Part shown: piece by piece, positions 15,940-28,732 of the stretch | Layout: every line of letters begins with the position of its first letter | How positions within the stretch are numbered: position 1 is the first letter of the stretch | Assembly: GCA_951406725.2 (NCBI GenBank) | Contig: OX597825.1 | Coordinates: forward strand, 16,740,001-16,804,000 | DNA length: 64,000 nt | Direction: 5' to 3' | Source of the DNA: Octopus vulgaris | Taxonomy: Eukaryota | Notes under the pieces: generated by a model | Databases searched by the model: none | Seen by the model: only the letters and a program-made list of their open reading frames with translations | What the model was told of the DNA's origin: nothing | Position numbers and translations under genes: made by a program

Positions 15940-16192
15940 GAGGTTACCGTGGTCTTTTCTGTAAGCTTTTCTTCCCACGCATAAACTTAATCTTGTTTCT
16001 TACTTTTTTAAAAATTTCTTTCAGTGATACGCGGTCCCTTCTGAACACTTTTTTTTACTCCGATCCCTTTTGATCGGAATTTTATATTTGTTTCCTTTTT
16101 TTGTTCCTTTTTCTTTTCCATCTTCGTAAAGAAGAGCTCTACATTTGTATTTGTACCCTCAGTGTTCAGCACTGTGTGGCCAATAAAGAAAC
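15940..16192 (+). mobile_element. 3' UTR-only copy of the Tx1-like LINE
   Basis: GAGGTTACCGTGGTCTTTTC...CACTGTGTGGCCAATAAAGAAAC aligns with 9745-10035. Followed by TATCTATCTAT; possible TSD CTCTCTGC. Confidence 0.75.
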
Positions 16193-16287
16193 TTATCTAT
16201 CTATCTCTCTGCTTGCAGTCCAATGAATAAAATAAGTAAACTGTCTGTTACTTTCTCTCACCATATCTTTCTCTCTCTTTCTCTGTA

Positions 16288-16336
<49 letters not shown>

Positions 16337-17494
16337 GTGTGTGCGTGCGTGTATATGATAGAACAGACAGGTATGTGTGTCATTATTCAGTTTATTTTAA
16401 GATTTCTTGCCAACAGAGAAAGAAACAGTTTCTACCATAGATCCAAGTCTCCTTCGTTTGAATTTCATTTGTGTGTATGTATGTATGTATGTATGTATGT
16501 ATGCATGATTTTACAGATGTTTACAGTTTCAATGATGGACTAGTCTTCGAATTCGCTTTCTCATTTCCTGTCTTGAGAAGCTTAATGTCTCAAGATTGGT
16601 ATTTAGGCAGTGTTACATATCCCAAGGCCCCAGTAGTTACAGGTATAAACCCGAACTTGTAATTTAGGTAGATAAACTTCAAATTTCTCAATATTTCAGC
16701 ATAGGTGTTCTCCTTTCAACTGATCATGAGATTTATGTTAACATCCGCCTGGCAATGTATGTAAGTGTGTATTATACAACAGACTCGTATATATGTTTGC
16801 GTATATATGTATTTGCTTCACCGTATATGTCTATATTTCAGCAGTGGGCTGCGTTCCTAAATCAAGACTTCAGCTTAAGTATAATTAGTATAGTCATGCA
16901 TACACTCACAAAACTCTGCAACCATTTCCCCGAAATTCTCTTTCGAATAATGGAACCAAAATAAGGAATTCGAAATCTCCAACTAGTCTCCATACAAATG
17001 CTTGCATTCACTGATACTATCTTATAGGTAGTATACTAATAATACTAATAACTATTATTATAGTGGATTTACTACTATATACAAAAGAAATTCCTGATAG
17101 TACTATTTCCTATCACAAACGCACCATTTAGATACTTAATATGAGCGTTAATAAATATTCCACAATGCATATACACCACTATACGTTCCAAATTATATAT
17201 TGGTTTAAATTGTTCCAATTAATCATAGATTAGCTTATTGGAATTTTCTCTGAAACTCAGTTATCTCATGACTTTATTGTTCAACAAATTGAAAAAAAAA
17301 AAAAAAAAATTATAATACAAAATAGGGAAACAGTTCTATTGAAATAAGTATAAAATGATTCTTTTGCAATGTGCGTTTGCTGAGAAATTAAAAATCTTCC
17401 GCCATTGTATGTAGTGTAGTGAAGTTTACAACAGCAAAAAGCAAAAAGCAAAAAAAAAAAAACACCAATAATGATGATGACGATGGTAATAACG

Positions 17495-17555
<61 letters not shown>

Positions 17556-18295
17556 TAATAATAATGATAATTTCAACAGAAATAACAATTAATAACAGAA
17601 CAAACAGTGCATCAATAACGAGGACAACACCAACAACGGAAATAAAACAACAATAATCGATTATAGTTGAAGATAAAAAAAAAAATCTATTAAAATTAGG
17701 TTCTCAGGAGAACCATGAACGGAAGAGTAAACCTCACAATGTGAAACGAATTGAATGAATAAATAAATAAATAAATGACAAAGAATTCAAAGAGTAAAGT
17801 AGCAACTAAGGTTCCGAAAATTATATACTTGCTGCTAACAATTGATTATAGAATACAATAAATAAAAAAAAGATATACAATAGTTTTAAGATCAATATTT
17901 GGACAGGAAACGCAGTGAGTATAAATAAATATTATCAACATTTGGCAAGAAATTTGATTTGAATACATACATACATAAAATTCAGCCATCCATTGGTATA
18001 TACATACATGCATACATGTGTACATACATACGTACAAATATACACACTTACATATATATGTAAAATTTACATATGCATTTTCTATATGTATATCAATATA
18101 AATGCTGTTATATATATATATATATTTACACACACACACAGACATACACACACATATACATGAATACATACGTACATACGTATTTCTGTGTGGGCGCATC
18201 TATATGAATATATGTATAAAAACATATAATTATATGTATATATATATATATATATGTAAATATATATGTATATTAGTATATATATATATATATAT

Positions 18296-18387
<92 letters not shown>

Positions 18388-19094
18388 CATACATACATAT
18401 ATATATTATATTAATTACACACAGAAACTCTCACACACGTACGCACACGCACGCACACACACAGATAGGTATATAAATGTATGTATGTATATATATATAT
18501 ACTCGCAATGCATGTACGCATGTATGTGTGATATATATGTATGAATGAGCGGTGCAACAGCTTGGCCGCAGGCCCTAGTTGGAACAGGTAGAAATAAAAG
18601 CAGGTTAGTGTATATACATAAATAGAATTTTGCATACACATATACATACATAATTCATACATACATACACACATAAATCCATACGTACATACATGTATGT
18701 ACGTATGTATGTATCTATGTATGCATGCATGAATGTCTGTATGTATGCATGTCTGCATGTATGCGTGTATGGTAGACTTTCTTTTTCAGTGAAGTTATAA
18801 ATGAAAACAGTTTGACATTGAACAGAAGGACCACACATTGTTTTTTTTTTTAGTACAGTACTTATTTGCTCCTTTAAGGAAGAAAAGTAACTTCGAAGTT
18901 TGGGTTTAGTAGCCGTCAACAGGTTTTCTGCTAAAGGCTGATGGGACGAAACGTGAAATCACTGACAACCGTATGCTGGTAGTGAACTTATATATATATC
19001 GCACTGCGTGACACTTTGGGGCTGTGTCTTCTACTACACCGTTGGGCAGCAGTTTGTGAGTGGATTTGAATGACAGAAAACTGAAGAAACTTCC

Positions 19095-19645
19095 GTATGT
19101 ATGTATGTATGTATGTATGTATGTATGTATGTATGTATGTATGTATGTATGTATGTATGTATGTACGTATGCATGCATGTATGTATGTATGTATATAGTT
19201 ATGTATGTATGTAGTTATGTATGTATGTATGTAGTTATGTATGTATGTATGTATGTATTTATGTATGTATGTATGTATGTATGTATGTATGTATTTATGT
19301 ATGTATGTAGTTATGTATGTATGTATGTAGTTATGTATGTATGTATTTTAGTATGTATATAGTTATGTATGTATGTATGTATTTATGTATGTATGTATGT
19401 ATGCATGTATATATGTATGTATGTATGTGTATGTATGTGTATGTATGTGTGTATGTATGTATGCATGTATGTATGTATGCATGTATGCATGTATGTATGT
19501 ATGTATTATGTTTGTATGTATGTAGTTATGTATGTATGTATGTATGTATGTATTTATGTATGTGTGTATGTAGTTATGTATGTATGTATTTATGTATGTA
19601 TGTATGTATTTATGTATGTATGTATGCATGTATGTATATATGTGT
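19095..19645. repeat. (TATG)n compound microsatellite
   Basis: Directly visible. Confidence 0.95.
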
Positions 19646-19646
19646 G

Positions 19647-19848
19647 TAAAGTTAATCCAAACATGAAAAAACAACAACGCGAGGACATGGAACAAGTATA
19701 GTGTTATTGGACGCCCAGGAAAGAAGGAAAGAAGGAGGGTTTAACGTTTCGAGCGGAGCTCTTCGTCAGAAACATAGGAAAAGGAAAGATCCAAAGAAGG
19801 GAAGATGGAGGAAAAAAATCGTCAAGGGTACACACGCGATCACATTTT
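19647..19848 (-). mobile_element. Short PLE 3'-terminal fragment carrying a hammerhead motif
   Basis: Homologous to the PLE end at ~40400-40619 and to 56278-56485. Confidence 0.7.
19739..19773 (-). ncRNA. Minimal type I hammerhead ribozyme motif
   Basis: Minus strand reads GTTT-CTGACGA-A-GAGC tcc GCTC-GAAA-CG-TT-AAAC: stem I, intact CUGANGA core, stem II, GAAA, palindromic stem III, UH. Confidence 0.75.
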
Positions 19849-20021
19849 ATGTATGTATGTAAGTATGTATGTATGTGTTTATATGTGTGTGTTTCTACCA
19901 AAAGCATTTGACAACCGAGGTTGGCCTGTTTACGTTCCCGTATGTTATCGGTCTGGTAAAAGTGAGCAACAGAATGAGAACCAAGTCTAAAGATTAATTT
20001 CCGGAGCCGTTGGTATGTTCC

Positions 20022-20270
20022 TTCATTCTCGAGCCATACTTGGCTCATAAGGGCCAGTTTCGCGGTTTCCTTGGCTTATAGGTTCCCTACCTGGACGGGA
20101 CGCCAGTCCGTCGCAGATGAGCTGCAAGATGCAGGAGGAAAGAGTGAGAGAAAGTTGTGGCGAGAGAGTCAGCAGAAGTTCGCCATTACCTCCTGCCGGA
20201 GGTCTGAGAGTCGAACCCGTGACCCCTCGACTAGGAGTCCGCTGCTCTAACGACTAGGCCATGTGCCCCT
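20022..20270 (-). mobile_element. SINE family C variant with V-domain-like tail
   Basis: GGCACATGGCCTAGTCGTTAGAGCAGCGGAC head; CTGCGACGGACTGGCGTCCCGTCCAGG motif resembles the V-SINE domain. Confidence 0.65.
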
Positions 20271-20659
20271 ACAACGTTGGTATGAGATCGTACAGGAATA
20301 ATAATATAGAAATATCCTTGCTTTTCTTCAGTCTCAGAATTACAAAAAAATTGTACTTGTAGGTATTATACACGTCTTAAGTATCAACTCGGTCGGTTAT
20401 CGAGAAAACAATGATACGCTGAAGAGAAACAATAAGCAATAACAAATGATATTATACAATCAATAATACCTTGGTAACACATACCCAAGCCCTGTGTTGA
20501 ATTGTAATCGAAATTTCTCTCTCATTCCTCTCTCTCTCCCACTCATGCTCTTCGTGAAACAGGGGAAAGTAATGTTGTGTTCGTCAATTCATTAACCGGA
20601 ATGGAAATATAAGAGATATTACAATAACAAGTACAGATGTAATGAACAACGTATCGATT

Positions 20660-20838
20660 AGGATGGTGACGACGATGATCATGATGATGATATTGATGGT
20701 GATGATGACGACGGCGACAATGATCATGATGATGACGACGTCGGCAGTGAAAACGACAACGGCGACGACGACAACGAGAATGAGGATGTTGATGGTAATA
20801 ACGACGACGATGACGACGATGATGACGACGACGACGAC

Positions 20839-20917
<79 letters not shown>

Positions 20918-21005
20918 GTGATGATGTTGACGCTGCTGCTGCTGCTGATGATGATGATGACGATGATGATGATGATGATGCTGTTGCTACTGCTGCTGAT
21001 AATGA
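20660..21005. repeat. (GAT)n/(GAC)n trinucleotide microsatellite
   Basis: Directly visible. Confidence 0.95.
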
Positions 21006-22749
21006 TAAAAAGGAACAAATACAGGAATAAGAAGAACAGCAGCAATAATAATCATATCATTGCAAAATCAATAATTCGCAAAATAATGGCGTTGATAATA
21101 ATGCAATTGGCATAAGAAAAACAGCAAAAAAAAAAAATAATAATAATAATAACTACATAATATCCGATTGCCCAGTACTCCAAATGAGAGAACGGAGTAA
21201 AAGACAAGAATGGCCGAATGGCGGGGTCTCTATATCCGTTAGGGAATTTGACGTACATATTCCTCCTCCACATGAATATTATGAAGTCAGTTATAAGGCA
21301 ATAACATGGCTTCGGCGCCCCTGGGGAGAATGACCAATAAATCAAATAGGAAACGCCTACATGCCATTATCTAAATCAGAACAGTAACTCTGTCCTGATT
21401 CATAATCATTCGCATTGTTTTAAGCAAATGGCGGTGCAGGCGGAATCGTTAGCGAGTAGGACAAAATACTTACCAGTATTTCACCTGGCTATTTAGGTTC
21501 TGAGTTCGAATCATGCCGAGATTGTCTTTGCCTTTTATCCTTTCAAGGTTGATAAAATAATTCCCAACAGAGTACTGTGGTCGATGTTATCGTTTAACCG
21601 AATTTATATAAGTTTTGTAAATGTATCTTATACTACATTGTGTATTTCTTGATTGAATAAGTACCAATCTTGTAAATATAAGAACTTAGATCGAATTATT
21701 TGATTAAAAAATCTTCAAGGCGGTGCCCCAGCATGGCCGCAGTCTAATGACTGAAATAAGTAAAAGGATAAACATAAGAGATAATCCATTTTGCAGTACC
21801 ATAACCAATCTCACGTAGTGCAATTTCCTCATAATATACCCTTACATATTACGAAGGGTCAGCCAGCAAGCGATAAAACCAATAAACGAAGAATAACCAA
21901 TCATTGAACACGAATCACCTCCTGCTGTCACAAACAGCCACATGGACATTCAGACATATTAGATTCTCAGTTTGTGTTGTCAAAACCTCACAACTGGACA
22001 AAAATAAAATCATCGATATTAAAAAATCTGGTAATTCTATTGAAATATATCGCAGTAGACGCAGTAGGAAGTCAATGGGGATCCGAGTTGTATAGAAAAT
22101 AAAGCAACAAAAGTACAACAACAACAACAATAAAAGAAACAAGAAGGAAACCCCTATCTATATTAATTATTATTATTATTATGGTTACGAGAAAATGTAT
22201 CAGCCAGTCTGTGGTCGCTGAACACAGAAATAACAACCAGCATCCGTTTAATGTACATGCGCATGGAAGAAAAGGCCACATTATTTAGAATGGACCTATG
22301 TTCTTTGCGCAAAGGAAACATATGGAATGGCCACAAATGGAATCACAGGCTTCACCGCTGACTTAAGGTTAAACAAACAAAAACAAAAGCCACGTCATTT
22401 ATCATTAAATAACTGGTGGCAAAATTGGTAGCCCAGGAGATGGAATGGTTTTAGAGGGATTTCCTTATCTCTCTTTCTATTGTTTGGACAATTTGTGTAG
22501 AGCCACAATTTTCCTTTCACCCTTCTAAGATAGATAGGTAAGTTAGCTTGAATTGATCATAGGTAAATAGCTTGAACTGATAATATTTAACCATAGAACA
22601 TCTGTCATCGACTAGATTTAAGATCAAAGACATTCCACCTGTTACTATTTCGTCTTTACCTTGTTTGTAGAGTATACAGGATTTTTCATCCAGGTTGGTA
22701 GCTATTTGTAACATCACTGAATGTAAATGTATACTCACTCTCCCCCGCT

Positions 22750-23071
22750 GTAATCTTTCACCACAACTTTCGCCCACTCTTTCTTTCTACTTCTGCTACA
22801 AAGCAGAGGAACCATGGTGTGGTAAACTTTCAAACCCTAGTCTAGATTGAGAATCCTCTGTACCCCAGGATGGTTCAGCTCTCCACCCGTTTAAAAGCCA
22901 CCGTTTACGGAATGAGGATAAAAACGTAGGTTTCACGCACGTGCAACAGCCAGTCTATGGCGTGTGGTGGGTGGATCTTCCAGTTTGCCACACGCACTCT
23001 TAGTAGCTTAGAGTAGGCTCGAATTAGAGATTATTCTTTGCGGCTAATGGCGTGAGTCCTGATTGGATGTG
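22750..23071 (+). mobile_element. SINE family C body with a distinct 3' tail ending in (GAA)n
   Basis: CTTTCACCACAACTTTCGCCCACTCTTTC body motif, then ~270 bp of unique tail, then the (GAA)n array. Confidence 0.45.
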
Positions 23072-23318
23072 GAAGAAGAAGAAGAAGAAGAAGAAGAAGA
23101 AGAAGAAGAAGAAGAAGAAGAAGAAGAAGAAGAAGAAGAAGAAGAAGAAGAAGAAGAAGAAGAAGAAGGAGGAGACGAAGAAAAAGAAGAAGAAGAAGAA
23201 AAAGAAGAAAGAGAAGAAGAAGAAGAAGAAGAAGAAGAAAGAAGAAGAAGAAGAAGAAGAAGAAGAAGAAGAAGAAGAAGAAGAAGAAGAAGAAGAAGAA
23301 GAAGAAGAAGAAGAAGAA
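23072..23318. repeat. (GAA)n microsatellite
   Basis: Directly visible. Confidence 0.95.
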
Positions 23319-24109
23319 GCTGGAGCATCAATATAATTTTTTTACTATTTACGATGTTATTATTGCATCTCGCTTTAAGGACTCTCATATTTTTGTGTAA
23401 GTAGCAAAATGCTCTGGCAACTTCGATTTTTGTTTTCCTTGCTTTTTGTCGTCCACATCGACGTCCCTGTTAATGTTCTTGTTGTTGTTCCTGTTGTTGG
23501 TTTCACCGCCGTTGCTTTTACTAATGTTGCTACTACTGCTACTAATGCCGTTGTTGCTGTAACGATTTGTAAGATTTTGTTATCTATTGAGTTAAAAAGA
23601 TCAGTTTGAGGAGGGAATTTTGAGCCTCATAGATTTTTTTAGTGTAACTCCGAGAGATTTTGCTTTAGGCTTTCAAACAAGCAGATCTTTTAAAGAAAAT
23701 CAATTTATTTGTGTTAATCTTTTCACTTTTTATTTATTTATTTTCATAAAAAAATTTTTCATCATTGGAAACATGTGTGTTTGGTCTGAAATAGCATGTT
23801 TCTCTATCTGCTTATATTACATTTGGAATAAAAGAAAAAAAAAGACTATTGAAAACAGTGTGAATACATACGTATATACTTGCATACATTCTAACACCCC
23901 CACGCCCTACATATATATATATATATATATATACATATAATTTTTACAAACTTTTGTATACATAATTTTTATATAAATACAAGTGTTTGCATATATCTTT
24001 ATATATAAATATATTTATCTAAGGGAATATATATATGTATATATATATATATATATGAAAAAACAAGTAAAAAATAGAAAATGCTAAAATAATTTTATAG
24101 TGAACATTT

Positions 24110-24147
24110 CAGTACCGGTTTCGGTCATTTTGAGACCTTTTCAACTG
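24110..24147 (-). ncRNA. Minimal hammerhead motif, U3-A8 core variant (left arm)
   Basis: Reverse complement of 26060-26097. Confidence 0.7.
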
Positions 24148-25092
24148 TAACGATTAAATAATTAAATTTAGAAAAATTAGAAGAAAAGTTTTTTTAAAAG
24201 AATATTTCTATAGTAGTGTTCAGATTTAAGTGGCATTCTGCCTTTCTCTGACTCCCTTGTTTGCACTTGTGTGTTCGAGGTAGTTGTGAGTTCTTGGTAG
24301 GGTAGTAGAGGGAAGGCTGGTGAGGAAAGGGGGTGGGAGAATCTGGGAGTGCCCTGATGGTCGTATTTTGAATGGTCAGTGGCGGCTGGCAGTCTCAGTT
24401 CAATTCAGGATTGTTTATAGAATTAGCGTAGGTGTTATACTAAAAAACATTAGTGACAAACTTAAGGGGTAGGGGGTGGAGAAGAAGAAGAAGAAGAAGA
24501 AGAAGAAGGAGAAGGAGAAGATGATGGTGATGGTGGTGATGATTATGACGACGATGATGATGATAACGATGATGATGAAGAAGAAGAAGAAGAAGAAGAA
24601 GAAGAAGAAGAAGAAGAAGAAGAAGAGAAGGAGAAGATGGTGGTGATGATGGTGGTGATGATGATGACGCCGATGATGATGATAACGATGATGATGAAGA
24701 AGAAGAAGAAGAAAAAAACAGAGAAGGGAGAATATGAATGGGTGTAAATATAGCTATGAAGGGGCTGATTAGTAATGGATTCTATGGAGTGTAGTATTTG
24801 TGTGTGTATATATATTTTTTTCTTTTATTCTAAAGTTGAGGTATATTAATTGTTTGTCGTAGACCCGTTAAGAAGTGGCTTGTATTTTGTAATAAAGAGA
24901 TTTTCTTTACTTATTCTTTGTCTCGAGGTTGTATCGTCCCTAAATTGGTAGAGGGGAAAATTCTGAAGTTTGGTGTTTTTTGTTGGCGCAAGTATCTATG
25001 TGTTGGCTAAAAGCTATTTTTCTGTTTTGGGGAATTTTTATCTGGGATCTGTGCAGGGCCATTCGTTTACGCAAACCATTTTTTTGTTTGGC

Positions 25093-25375
25093 CTAACCTG
25101 CTCCGGGTGTCAAGAGCAGTACATAGGCCAAACAAAAAAATGGTTTGCGTAAACGAATGGCCCTGCACAGATCCCAGATAAAAATTCCCCAAAACAGAAA
25201 AATAGCTTTTAGCCAACACATAGATACTTGCGCCAACAAAAAAACACCAAACTTCAGAATTTTCCCCCTCTACCAATTTAGGGACGATACAACCTCGAGA
25301 CAAAGAATAAGTAAAGAAAATCTCTTTATTACAAAATACAAGCCACTTCTTAACGGGTCTACGACAAACAATTAA
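25093..25375 (+). pseudogene. PLE GIY-YIG endonuclease C-terminal fragment
   Basis: LTCSGCQEQYIGQT, a frameshift in an A-run, then LRKRMALHRSQI...HIDTCA...FPLYQ...KENLFITKYKPLLN. Aligns with the end of the 34.5 kb ORF. Confidence 0.85.
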
Positions 25376-26059
25376 TATACCTCAACTTTAGAATAAAAGA
25401 AAAAATATATATACACACACAAATACTACACTCCATAGAATCCATTACTAATCAGCCCCTTCATAGCTATATTTACACCCATTCATATTCTCCTTCTCTG
25501 TTTTTTTCTTCTTCTTCTTCTTCATCATCATCGTTATCATCATCATCGGCGTCATCATCATCACCACCATCATCACCACCATCTTCTCCTTCTCCTTCTT
25601 CTTCTTCTTCTTCTTCTTCTTCTTCTTCATCATCATCGTTATCATCATCATCGTCGTCATAATCATCACCACCATCACCATCATCTTCTCCTTCTCCTTC
25701 TTCTTCTTCTTCTTCTTCTTCTTCTCCACCCCCTACCCCTTAAGTTTGTCACTAATGTTTTTTAGTATAACACCTACGCTAATTCTATAAACAATCCTGA
25801 ATTGAACTGAGACTGCCAGCCGCCACTGACCATTCAAAATACGACCATCAGGGCACTCCCAGATTCTCCCACCCCCTTTCCTCACCAGCCTTCCCTCTAC
25901 TACCCTATACCAAGAACTCACAACTACCTCGAACACACAAGTGCAAACAAGGGAGTCAGAGAAAGGCAGAATGCCACTTAAATCTGAACACTACTATAGA
26001 AATATTCTTTTAAAAAAACTTTTCTTCTAATTTTTCTAAATTTAATTATTTAATCGTTA

Positions 26060-26097
26060 CAGTTGAAAAGGTCTCAAAATGACCGAAACCGGTACTG
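26060..26097 (+). ncRNA. Minimal hammerhead motif, U3-A8 core variant (right arm)
   Basis: CAG-TTGAAAA-GGTC tcaaaat GACC-GAAA-CCGG-TA-CTG. Confidence 0.7.
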
Positions 26098-26184
26098 AAA
26101 TGTTCACTATAAAATTATTTTAGCATTTTCTATTTTTTACTTGTTTTTTCATATATATCAACTCGTGTGTTCCTTTTCACCCTT

Positions 26185-26227
<43 letters not shown>

Positions 26228-26230
26228 TAT

Positions 26231-26292
<62 letters not shown>

Positions 26293-26297
<5 letters not shown>

Positions 26298-27559
26298 TTG
26301 GCAACTAAGTTCCCGCCGATTTTTTTAATTAAAATTTTTTTTAGAAGTTTAATAATAAAAAACAACTAATTAGTCAATAATGTATTCACCTTTCTTGTTT
26401 ACAACTTTTTCCTAACGTTCAACAAGGTATTGAATATCTTGTTGGTAGAAATCACCCGATTTCGACTCGAAAACTTGGAACAACCAAGCTCTGAATTCTG
26501 CGTCACTATTGAAAGAAACTCCGCGCATAGCTTTTGAAAGAGATTGAAAGAGGTGGAAATCCGTTGTTGCCAAATCAAGAGAGTACTGCAGGTGTGGCAG
26601 CACTTCACAGCCATGCGTTTGAATAGCTTCCTTGGTCATATTGGCGATATGAGGGCGGGCGTTGTCGTGCATTAGAACTCCATGCTGTCGATTTGGTCTT
26701 TTCTCTTGAATAGCCATGATGAGTCGTTCCATCTGTTGAACATAGAGTTCGGCGTTGACTGCTTGGTTCCGTTCAAGCAATTCCAAGTCCCACCATATGC
26801 ACAACATCGTTTTAGGCGGATGGGGATCTTGTTTCCTCGCGCGGTGTCGCTTGTTTCCCGGGGCTAAGCCATTCCTTACACTGCTTCATATTGATGTACA
26901 GGCACCATCTTTCGTCGCCAGTAACGATTCGGTAAAGAAATCATTGCTTGCGTCCATGAGTTGAGGGTTGAAGAGCAAGCAAATCAGCGGAGATTGTGGC
27001 TCGTTGATCATATTTGGTATCACTTAGCGGAACCCGTGCTCTGAACGTTTACCATCGAGTGAAGATGCTTCTCTATAGCAGTGTGTGAGCATTTCATTTT
27101 CTCTGCCAGTTTCCTTGTCGTTTGACGAGAGTTTTCGTGCAAATATAGGTTCAATCACTCTTTATCAAACTTAACTGTACGGCCAGGACAAAGTGCGATT
27201 TTGAGCTCAAAATTTCCATTTTTAAGTTTGGCATACCAATCACGAGCGGTTCTTTCATCTATGAACCCTCTCCGTACACAGCACAAATGTCGCGAGCAGC
27301 TTTTGCGGCCTTAGAACCTTCATAAAAACAAAATAGAAGGAGGTGTCGAAAATGGTCGTTTTTCTTAACTTGACATTCCATTTTAATGATGTGAAAAGAA
27401 ACAACAATTAACTAAAATTAGCTAGATTAAAAAAAAGCAAAATAGATTTCAAAATGATTCCAAAATAGAATTCTCGAAAAACATAGATTCCAAAATTTAA
27501 AAATGCAATAAATTCAAAATTTGAAAAAAAAAGCGACTGGAACTTAGTTGCCAATCTAA
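26293..27559 (-). mobile_element. mariner DNA transposon (mellifera-subfamily-like), full length and degraded
   Basis: TIRs TAGGTTGGCAACTAAGTTCC and GGAACTTAGTTGCCAATCTA; ~1.27 kb; inserted in (TA)n. Confidence 0.9.
26370..27381 (-). pseudogene. mariner transposase pseudogene (D,D34D type)
   Basis: MECQVKKNDHFRHLLLFCF...MLCIWWD...HDNARPH...YSLDLATTDFHLFQSL...KGEYIID*, with frameshifts. Confidence 0.9.
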
Positions 27560-27568
27560 TATATATAT

Positions 27569-27646
<78 letters not shown>

Positions 27647-27668
27647 ATATATATAAATGCATATATAT

Positions 27669-27707
<39 letters not shown>

Positions 27708-28189
27708 CATACAACCCCATATATATACATATACATATACACCCTATATATATATGTATATATATATGTATATATATATATATATATATGCATATATATA
27801 TACATAAATATATATATATATATATATACATATATACATATACCCCCCCCATATATATATATATATATTTTTTTTTGTTTGTATGCGCGCAAGCGTGGTT
27901 GTGAGGTAAGAAGCTTGCTTCCCCCGCCTGCGTTGGTCAGTGTTTTTCTTTGCACTGCTAGGAGTCACGACGCTCTGCACCAACGTCGTGAATTATTGAA
28001 CAAGTGAAGCACAAGTACAAGGTTTTGGGGGAGATTCAGTGGGGGTTTGTTACTCGTGTTTATTTATTTTGTGGAACAATAAATCTTCACTAAGTTCCGG
28101 GCATTTGTCTGCTTGTAGTTGCGTTTAGAGTCTCACTTAGCGGTGAGAAGTGTGTTTTGCGGGTGTATCCCTACTCAATTGAAGGTAGG

Positions 28190-28368
28190 AGACAAAACGA
28201 CTACATCGATCTCAGTGCCTTACTAGTACTTATTTCATCGAACCCGAAAAAGATGAAAGGCAAAGCGAAACTCGGCGGAATTTGAACTCAGAGTGGGCGT
28301 AACGACGGACGAAATACCTTTACGCACTTCGCTCAGAGATTGCTAACAGTTCTTCAAGTTCGCTGCCT
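28190..28368 (-). mobile_element. SINE family B
   Basis: CCCGAAAAAGATGAAAGGCAAAG...CGGCGGAATTTGAACTCAG. Confidence 0.7.
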
Positions 28369-28369
28369 C

Positions 28370-28461
<92 letters not shown>

Positions 28462-28538
28462 TGATAACAACAACAACAATAATAATAATAATGATGATGA
28501 TGATGATGATGATGATACTAAAAATTATTATTTTTATC

Positions 28539-28570
<32 letters not shown>

Positions 28571-28662
28571 GTTGATGATGATGTTGATAGTGACGATTGT
28601 GATGATGATGGTGATGATGGTGATGGTGATGATGATGATGATGATGATGGCGATGGTGATAG

Positions 28663-28717
<55 letters not shown>

Positions 28718-28732
28718 AATGATGATTATGAT
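28369..28732. repeat. (AAT)n/(GAT)n/(TAT)n compound microsatellite
   Basis: Directly visible. Confidence 0.95.

Larger units (their letters stand above)
24047..26190. mobile_element. Fold-back (inverted-duplicated) 5'-truncated Penelope-like element
   Basis: Arms ~24047-25095 and 25124-26158 are near-perfect reverse complements with a 28 bp spacer. Each arm has the GIY-YIG C-terminus, 3' UTR and a hammerhead motif. Flanked by (TA)n. Confidence 0.9.

Noticed and set aside
21257-21320. Possible minus-strand exon (CATTCTCCCCAG acceptor, GTACGT donor)
   Set aside because: Short, with no recognisable peptide and no partner exons; could arise by chance.
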